A stretch of DNA of 64,000 nt from Camelus ferus (taxonomy: Eukaryota). This document shows positions 55,401 to 64,000 of the stretch, one piece after another. Within the stretch, counting starts at the first letter, position 1, and each line of letters opens with the position of its first letter. The notes beneath the pieces are model-generated. The model did no database searches. It saw only the letters and a list, made by a program, of their open reading frames with translations, and was not told the DNA's origin. Where the stretch lies: the NCBI RefSeq assembly GCF_009834535.1, contig NC_045697.1:56918001-56982000 (forward strand), in the 5' to 3' direction. Both the position numbers and the translations under genes were made by a program.

Positions 55401-57049
55401 AATATTTGTTTATGCAGCTTTTAAATACTCCATTTTTAGAACCATGTCTGTTTTCCTACAGAAGCCTTGCTTTGTGGTTGCTGATTATACAGTGTTGTAA
55501 CACTCTGACTTTCTCATTTGAGCACTTTGTAATAGCAAACTCTCTAGCAGATGCATTTTCTTTTCAAGGTCAGCAAAATTATACACATTGGTGCTAGTTT
55601 GAGTGCTAAAACTTTTTGTTGTTGTTATTCAGTATGAGATAGGAAATGGTTCTCTCAATTTTTAGACACATAAATACTATCACACATTTTTACTGATTTC
55701 TTTGATTCCATTTTAGCCTGATCATTTAATTATGTAGGTGGCATTTGTAAGACTGCAAAGAAATGGTGTGCAGGGAATAAAATGGTTCATTTAGTTCTAG
55801 TGAAGTGCTGTAATGAATGAATCATTTCTCACAAATAAAACAACTGCTTCAACAATATTAAATCATCAGAAAGGAAGAGTTCTGTATGATATTTGATGTT
55901 TATTTCTTATGAGAAAAGAAACAGAATTCATGTGCCTGTCCTTTTGTTGAGGCTTTTAGGCTTTTATTGTTTAGAAAGAGCATAAAAGTACTAACTGATA
56001 AAGCAATATAACCAAAGTGGTAATGCAATGTGCACATGGCATTCTGTAATGCCATAGTATTTCCTATTTAGCATTCCATGGCTTGGTCAATACTTTGTCC
56101 CTTAATATTGTTTTGTACGCATGAGAACTTCCCAATTGGAGCAGGGATTTTTGTCAGACAGGAAAGGAGAAAGTTCTGTACATTTTGGGATGCCAGAACA
56201 AGGAAAACAGATGGATGTTATAAAGGAAGTTTGGCTTCATAGGTATATAAAATTTTAGTAAAAAATTTTCAAAAATTATTTAAAAGCCTTTTATTCAAAT
56301 CTGAGATTAATAACCATTTCTACATTCTTCCTAAATTTTACAAATTCAAATACTTTAAATCCAGAGAATACTTTCCATTTTGGACATTATTGCATTCCAG
56401 TATTTTATTTATTCTTGTATATTAACATAAATTATTATTTTTTATCATTATTACTTTATATAATCAAGTTACATAAATACACTGCTATTTTATATAAATC
56501 ATCTACTTATATGTTAATTTATTTGCTCAATATTGTTTAGTTTATTTCACCTCTTATTCCTGGGATAAGTTCTTTTTCTCAAAGTTGATCCTTTAGATAT
56601 TCATCTAGTAACAGACAGAAAGGGTCTATTGAGCATAAGATTTGTCAGTCTAACTAATAATGTTCTTATTTTACATGAAAAAAATACTCTATTTGGAAAC
56701 TATTTGGCCAACATCTCTTATTGCTGTCATTTAGAAATCTGTTCTCAGTCCAATTGCCATTCATTAAAATTTGAAAACATGAAAAAATGTAGAGGTAATT
56801 AAAGACTCTGGATATAGTTGTATCTCTCCAGATTTATTTTTGCTTCCTCAGGCAGTAGGACTGGACTTTTGAAATTACAGAACACTTGAATCTAAACAGG
56901 TATTCAAAATGCAGCTTCACTCCCTGAAAAAGACTGATCTATTTCTGACTGGCTATTATTTTATAATTGCAATGGAAAGATTGGGCTTTTACTAGGAATT
57001 ATCCTTCTTTATTGAGCATAAAGTCTGTGTTTTTTTGTGCTTTTTATTT

Positions 57050-58125
57050 TTTTTATTTTTAATTTTTTTGAAGAGTTCAGATATTATTTTTTATTTTTTT
57101 TAACATTTTATTGACTTATAATCATTTTACAATGTTGTGTCAAATTCCAGTGTAGAGCACAATTTTTCAGTTATACATGAACATATATATATATATTCAT
57201 TATCACATTTTTTTCTCTGCGAGCTACCATAAGATCTTGTATATATTTCCCTGTGCTATACAGTATAATATTGTTTATCTAGTCTACAATTTTGAAATTG
57301 TATCTATCCCTTCCCACCCCTCACCCTCTTGGCAACCACAAGTTTGTATTCTATGTCTATGAGTCTATTTCTGTTTTGTATTTATGCTTTTTTTTTTTTT
57401 TAAGATTCCACATATGAGCAATCTCATATGGTGTTTTTCTTTCTCTTTCTGGCTTACTTCACTTAGAATGACATTCTCCAAGAGCATCCATGTTGCTGCA
57501 AATGGCGTTATATTGTTGGTTTTTATGGCTGAGTAGTATTCTATTGTATAAATATACCACATCTTCTGTATCCAGTCATCTGTTGATGGACATTTAGGCT
57601 GTCTCCATGTCTTGGCTATTGTAAATAGTGCTGCTATGACCATTGGGGTGCAGGTGTCATCCTGAAGTAGGGTTCCTTCTGGATATATGACCAGGAGCGG
57701 GATTCCTGGGTCATATGGTAAGTCTATTCCTAGTCTTTTGAGGAATCTCCCTACTGTTTTCCATAGTGGCTGCACCAAACTGCATTCCCACCAGCAGTGT
57801 AGGAGGGTTCCCTTTTCTCCACAGCCTCCCCAGCATTTGTCATTTGTGTATTTTTGAATGATGGCCATTCTGACTGGTGTGAGGTGATACCTCATTGTAG
57901 TTTTGATTTGCATTTCTCTGATAATTAGTGATATTGAGCATTTTTTCATATGCCTATTGATCATTTGTATGTCTTCCTTGTAGAATTGCTTGTTTAGGTC
58001 TTCTGCCCATTTTTGGATTGGGTTGCTTTTTTTTTCTTATTAGGTTGTATGAGCTGCTTATATATTCTGGAGATCAAGCCTTTGTCGGTTTCATTTGTAA
58101 AAATTTTTTCCCATTCCGTAGGTTG
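57050..58125 (-). mobile_element. Young 5'-truncated LINE-1 with 18-bp TSD
   Basis: Open ORF2 C-terminus at 57365-57964 with the CCHC motif ([18 protein letters not shown]), followed by 3'UTR and A-tail. Direct repeat tttttgtgctttttattt at 57032-57049 and 58126-58143. Confidence 0.95.
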
Positions 58126-59729
58126 TTTTTGTGCTTTTTATTTATTTTTTTTCTTCAGGCTTGTGAGTCTGTGGAAAATCCTGCTCCGCTGTCTCTTCTA
58201 ATATAAGCAGATTATCTCTAGGGAAATGTGGCTTAAATTGCTGGACCAAAGCTTTCTGGGCTTCCCTTCCTCCAAAATATTGGCTTCATAATACTTCATC
58301 TCCTTATTAACTCTATATGGAGATTTTGATAAAAAAATATTTTGCCATACTTTCTTAGTTGTCCTCAATAGGAAGTATGGGGTGGAACACATAGTTTGCC
58401 ATTGCAGTTAATGAAATTATTTGCTTATGCCTGTAGATGCCTAATATATGTGATATCATTAATTTTTTCTATTTCTCTTAAATCTGCTATTTTTAGTCTC
58501 TTATTCCTTTTAATTTTCTACTTTCTGAGTAATTTCTCCTAGCACATTTTCTAATTGACTAATTCTCTCTTCTTCCTGGTCTAATAGGTTATACAATCAT
58601 TCCATTACATTTTTGTTATCATAAAATTGTTTGATTTTTATAAATTTTATTTGGTATTTTATCAAATAAACTTCTGAATGTTTATAGTGCCAAGCTCTTT
58701 TCTCACATTTTTAGTTATTTTACATCTTCACTCATCTTTTAATACATTTAGGTGATAAATTTTACGAGACTCTTTATGTATCTGATGCTGTCTGGACTTA
58801 ATTGTAGGCTTTGAACATTTGTTGTACTATGCTGCATTTAAATGTCTGTTTTTAAAAAGTACTGATAATTGAGTATATTAATTTAACTTTTCATAGCATA
58901 ACCATATCTGGGAGGTTTCTTATCAGTGTGAATAAATTGAATCATGATCATGGGGCTATAATTTCCAACCAAATGCAGTTGTTGACTATGAAAAGTCATA
59001 TAACTGATCATCAATAAATACAATCCATCAGTTTTGCTATCTGCTATTTTAATTTTTTTTTTTTAGGGAAATAACCTATTTTCTCCAAAGTTACATTTAC
59101 TTCAGTGTGTATATTTAAGATACATACACACATATTGGAAGACAAAAGATTCAATGTATATTTTTACTTTTCCACATATGCTTCTTATCTGAAATTATTT
59201 TCTTCTAATTAGTTATATATTACGGGTTAATGAAGGCTCTGCCCATGGTTTCTCATTTTCATAAAATACTCTCATACTTTTCTAATACTCAGTTACCTTA
59301 GCCTTCTCTGAATTCCAAATTCTATCAAAAATGACACTGTACAATATGTTATTATTTGCATCATTCTTAGTTGTCAATCATTCTTTCTTTAATTTTTAAA
59401 CACTGAAGAATAGTAATCATGCCATGTAGATCCCAACAGTGTATTAGTGGGCACTCAGAAGATATTAAATATAGTTTATAATAGAGCAGGGCATTTCAAT
59501 TCCTACATAAACAAGAAGACAAAGATACATGATCATACATCTGGCAAACTTGTAATAAGCTTCCATACAGAGTGTCCTCACAGATTAAAGCAATACAAAG
59601 GGTGAGATGTCATTTAAACCATTTATAAATGACATGATTCTTTTTGTCTTTTAAACTTGCTACTGAAATATCTAAATTTTAAAGACATTAATGTGCATAA
59701 CAAAAATAAGGTAAGATGAAATAAGAAAT

Positions 59730-60148
59730 TACCCCAGTGTTCATAACAGCTTTATTTACAATTGCCAAGGTACAGAAGCAACTTAAGTATTCATCAACAG
59801 ATGAATGAATAAAGAAGGTGTAGTATATATAAAATGGAATACTCCTTGGCCATAAAAAAGAATGAAGTTTTGCATCTGCTTATCTTAAACAACATGGATG
59901 GACTTAGAGAACAAACTAGTGGTTACCAGTGGGGAGATGGAAGTGGGGATGGGCAATAAAGAGGTAGAGGATTAGGAGGTACAAAACATAATGTATAAAT
60001 AAGCTACAAGGATATGCTGTACAACACAGGGAATATAGCTAATATTTTATAATAACTATAATTGGAGTATAACCTTTAAAACTTGTGAATCACTGTATCG
60101 TACACCTATAACAATATTGCATGACTATATTTCAATAAAAAAAAAAAA
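59730..60148 (+). mobile_element. Short LINE-1 3' end with poly(A)
   Basis: ccagtgttcataacagc...aacatggatggacttaga...ctgtacaacacagggaatatag...caataaaaaaaaaaaa. Confidence 0.88.
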
Positions 60149-60568
60149 TCTCAGTTATGTCCTAGAAAATCAAGGAATTGAGGAATAAGAGTAGCTAAAT
60201 ATATATTCATTTTCCTTTTTCTTCACTTATTGTTTTCTTTTTACTTCTCTTTGCCATGCTATTTACTGATTGAAAACAATCAGAAACAACACAGGCTTTA
60301 GAAAGGTTAGTAAATTGAGAACTGAGAGCCTTGGGTGATAAACCAGGCTTAGCCATTAAATCACTGATTTAATTTAGGCAAATATCTCATCATTGTCAGT
60401 CTTATCTTTTCCATTATTCAAATATATGATTAATAGTAGGTATGTTTCAAAGACTTTTACACTATGAATATACTATGGGAAAACAGTGTCTGTTTATCAT
60501 GCATAATTAGCATTATGCATATTATAAGTAATAGTTCATGCTTATTATGTCAATTATTTAAAAATTTA

Positions 60569-60717
60569 ATTTAGCTTAGACAAAGATTAAACATATATAT
60601 AGTTAGGATGATTGACAGCCTGATGTAGTTTCAGGTATTCTTTTATTTAGCTTAGACAAAGATTAAACATATAATAGGATGATTGACAGAGCCTGATGTA
60701 GTTTCAGGTATTCTTTT
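60569..60717. repeat. Tandem duplication, 2 copies (76 and 73 bp)
   Basis: atttagcttagacaaagattaaacat...gcctgatgtagtttcaggtattctttt at 60569-60644 and 60645-60717. Confidence 0.95.
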
Positions 60718-63700
60718 TTAAATAATATAGAATGAAATGCTTTTTTGAAAAGTGATAGATGGATATCTTAAAAGTTTTTCAGTTCACCTTCCTACCAAAT
60801 GGAGGAATTTATTCTACACTATAGTTGAAATATTCACATTACACATGTCTATGAGAGGAAACCACTGGTTAACTACTTTTAATGACATTCTTACCCTGCA
60901 CAAATACTCTTTCTTCCAATTAACTCTATTAACTTCTTTTAATACTCCTTGTCTTTATCCTACTTAAGTTTTCACTATTTGAAAATTAAATTCATTTTCC
61001 CCTAAGTGTCTTTTTCTTATGAAATATATACGATGTTTCAGACTCATCTCATGAAAGATCAATCATCATGCTTTGTTTCCTCTGAACGGCCCCTTGCCTG
61101 GTATCTTTTCTTCAAAGTGTTGTGTCTTGATATATGTTCAAAACTCAGGTCTGATTTAATAGAATTCAAGCACAGGAGACTACTACCATTAAATTAAATT
61201 AAATTATTTTAAATTATTTTATTTCATGCTTGTACTTTCTTTAATTTATTCACATTACACTCTTATTTTTTTTGCTTGCCTTACAAGATTATCCTGAAAT
61301 GGGATGTTATTTGAAATGCACCTAGCAACTATTAGGCTCACAACTGTTTTTCAATTAAATTTATAGTCACTTTGGTTCAATTTAGAAAGTCATTTTAGAT
61401 TAACTTAAGTTCATTTCATGAGTTGAAGAGATTTTTTAAAATGTCTCTTTTGTATAGGATTTTAATGACCTTCTAATTATGTTATTTGAGCATTTACATT
61501 ATTTTATTTTGACATTTTATTTGGTAAGAAGAAAGTTCACTGAAGATGAAATGCATTGTGCTCAATTTACTGGCAAAACTTCTTTGTCAACTATTGGTGA
61601 TATCCTTTCTTTATTCATTTTCATGCAGGGAATGTTATCAAGAGATTTTGAATTATATTAACTTTTGGTACACATTTACATTATGCCAGACTTCATTATT
61701 CCAGGAGCAATTTTAAAGTATAAATAATTTTTTTGTATTCATGTTTGATTATTCATTCATCCATATAACTTTTTTCCATTTATCTTTTAACCTTAAAATG
61801 GATCCACATAGTTATACATACATATAATCCTTTCATATATCTGAAAAAAGTAAACAATGTATTTATAATATAAACACATATATTATGTATAAACACATTA
61901 TATATAGTTCATTTTTCTTTTCAGTTTTCGAAAATTACAATTGGTACACTTTAAATTTATGCTCCATTTATTTTGAGACATTGCTACCTAAAGTTTTTGT
62001 TAAAAAGTACCATATTTATCTTCTGAACACTTCAAATGTATTTCCTAATATCTTGTATATATCAATTACTTAGAAAATGTGAACCTACTTTGCTTCTTCC
62101 TAAGAACTGTCATCTCCCAGATTAACCTTGACCTTGACTGCAACAATTGTATCTAGTGGCAGGACACAGTGAACAGTTCAAACAAATACTCTTATTTTCT
62201 CCTATATTCAGTTCTGGAATCTTGAGGAACTGAACTGAGCCATGTAGAAACTTGTAGACCATTGTTTTATCTTTCTTCCACTGAACTATTGAACAGAGCT
62301 AGGTCTGCATAGCATACTTTTCAGAACTATATTCTGTGTCTATTTACTCTTCATCTCATCTCACCACATCAGCCACAGAGAACCCAAGATATAGACAACA
62401 AAAATTCACTATCACTTTCTTTCTCCCCAAAAGTCTCCATGGTCCACTATGGATATTCCATCACATTAATTAAGTGATTTCTTTAATTAATCTTTAACTG
62501 TTCCTAGAAATTCTCCTTCCTGGTAGGACTGGTGGTGAAGAAAATGGTAGGGGTCAGGGGGCAAGTTTTACCTGGTGTTTTAAGTGAGGAAGTCAAGTCT
62601 AGGTTATGCGAAGAGTACTGATAAATTTTGAAAAATTTCTCCACTATTTTTTCTTCTAAATTTTTCCTCTTTCAGTAATAATATGAAACATAGGTTTCAG
62701 TTAAGTATTTAATACCATATGTAATCAAAAGCTAGCAAAATAATTTTTAGTATCTTATGACTATACCACACTAAATAATTTAATCTGTGTATGCTTTTTG
62801 TCTGTATGTTCTAATTACTAATTGGCTCTATATTTTCATTTACACAAAGATAAAACACATGCCATCAGTAAGTCAATAATAAAACATTTCACTTGACTAT
62901 TGCTGACATATCACTTCTAAACTTCAATCTCTGAAAGCATGAGTGGTGCATTTAAGTTAAAATTTACACTGTTAGCCAATATCCTACAGAAGGAATTCTA
63001 ACTGTAATAAAAACGATGGCAATCAATACGTTCTTAGGTTAAAAGAATATAAGAGCAGGTTACCTGGCATATACACTTGATTAAATATGGTTTACCATAT
63101 ATTTTAGATAGTTTATATCCAATGTAATTTATATCATCACGCTGTTCCTTAATCTTTAGAAATTTAAAAACAAATCCTTTTGAAGAAAGAAAATAATCAA
63201 ACCTTTTAAATCTGTTTTATCTTAGGATTTAATGCAATCACTAATGACAATTTTCATGTAAAAGTTCTATAATATAAAGCTTTAGGAAATTTTTAAAATA
63301 TATATAATAGAGATCCATGGATTTCAAGCATTTTTTTACTATGATTCAGAATAAGGAATGAATATTAGTCTTGTAAAACACAAATGCATTTATACAATTT
63401 AAACTATTGAAATAAAAGTTCAAGAAACAATAGAAATTCTATCTGTTCACAATTTATCCTAATATGTTGCATCCAGTGCCCTGGCAATCCATTTCTATTC
63501 TGTCCTATTTTATTCTGTCCTATTCTGTGTATTTTCTATTCAGTTCCTGCATATTATGCTGAGAATAACACTACTCTATTTTTCAACTTACTAATGAGAC
63601 TAAACTACTAATAACCAGTAATTTAGAAAACATTATCTTATTAAAATAAATATATTTTAATTACATGAAGACATTACTTATTTAGGATATTATTACATAG

Positions 63701-64000
63701 TGATATGAACACTTCCAATCATCAAGGAAAGAACTCTAAGTCATGACTAGAATATGATAGGAGTTACACAAGTCAAGTTCAACATCTTAGGTAACTTAAG
63801 ATACTGGCGGATGCATTAGATCTACTACATAGTCATAATTCAGGTACGAACCAGCCGTCCAAGTTCAATATACTCAGCGTTATTCATACATGCTAAAATC
63901 CTTATGAAATACATGTCCTTTTTCCTTTATGAATTGTCTTTTTTTCTCCTGTTCTTCCAGCCTATTCCAACTCACCCTCAACAAGCACAGAGCATTTCAG

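Larger units (their letters stand above)
39700..64000 (+). other. TECRL: TECRL intron 2 (partial; exon 3 not seen in window)
   Basis: Begins GTAAGT. I found no segment encoding the expected next peptide (PKWYPSRVGLQLEC-like) by eye. Confidence 0.75.

Noticed and set aside
57365..57964. 199-aa ORF as a host gene
   Set aside because: It is the L1 ORF2 C-terminus of a 5'-truncated insertion with no promoter.
60569..60717. CRISPR-like array
   Set aside because: Two adjacent copies with no spacers, in mammalian intronic DNA with no cas genes.
841..62073. Remaining 60-120 aa ORFs in the track
   Set aside because: Low-complexity F/I/L/Y-rich translations of AT-rich DNA or antisense L1/L2, with no recognisable domains or exon structure.
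1..64000. A novel multi-gene biological system
   Set aside because: The window is explained by one known gene's first two exons plus transposon relics. No unexplained coding cluster or regular array was seen.

Overview
AT-rich, CpG-poor mammalian genomic DNA. The style of the youngest L1 and the lack of recognisable Alu, B1/B2, Bov, PRE-1 or Can SINEs suggest a camelid-like laurasiatherian, but this is tentative. The window holds the 5' part of TECRL (trans-2,3-enoyl-CoA reductase-like, a heart/muscle gene) on the + strand: coding exon 1 at 13784-14017, a 25.6-kb intron 1, the 52-nt exon 2 at 39648-39699, and part of intron 2 running off the right end. I did not find exon 3. The rest is intergenic or intronic DNA with L1, L2, MIR and LTR (MLT1, MER21-like) relics and microsatellites. 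Nearly all ORFs in the supplied track are spurious. I see no convincing new multi-gene system. The most interesting items are retroposition fossils. One is a tail-less, TSD-flanked 5' half of tRNA-Val whose anticodon reads GAC, a possible imprint of I34 editing. The other is a young L1 with an 18-bp TSD and a short candidate 3' transduction. There is also an upstream ATG whose ORF overlaps the TECRL start out of frame. Repeat boundaries and subfamily names come from visual recognition and are approximate.
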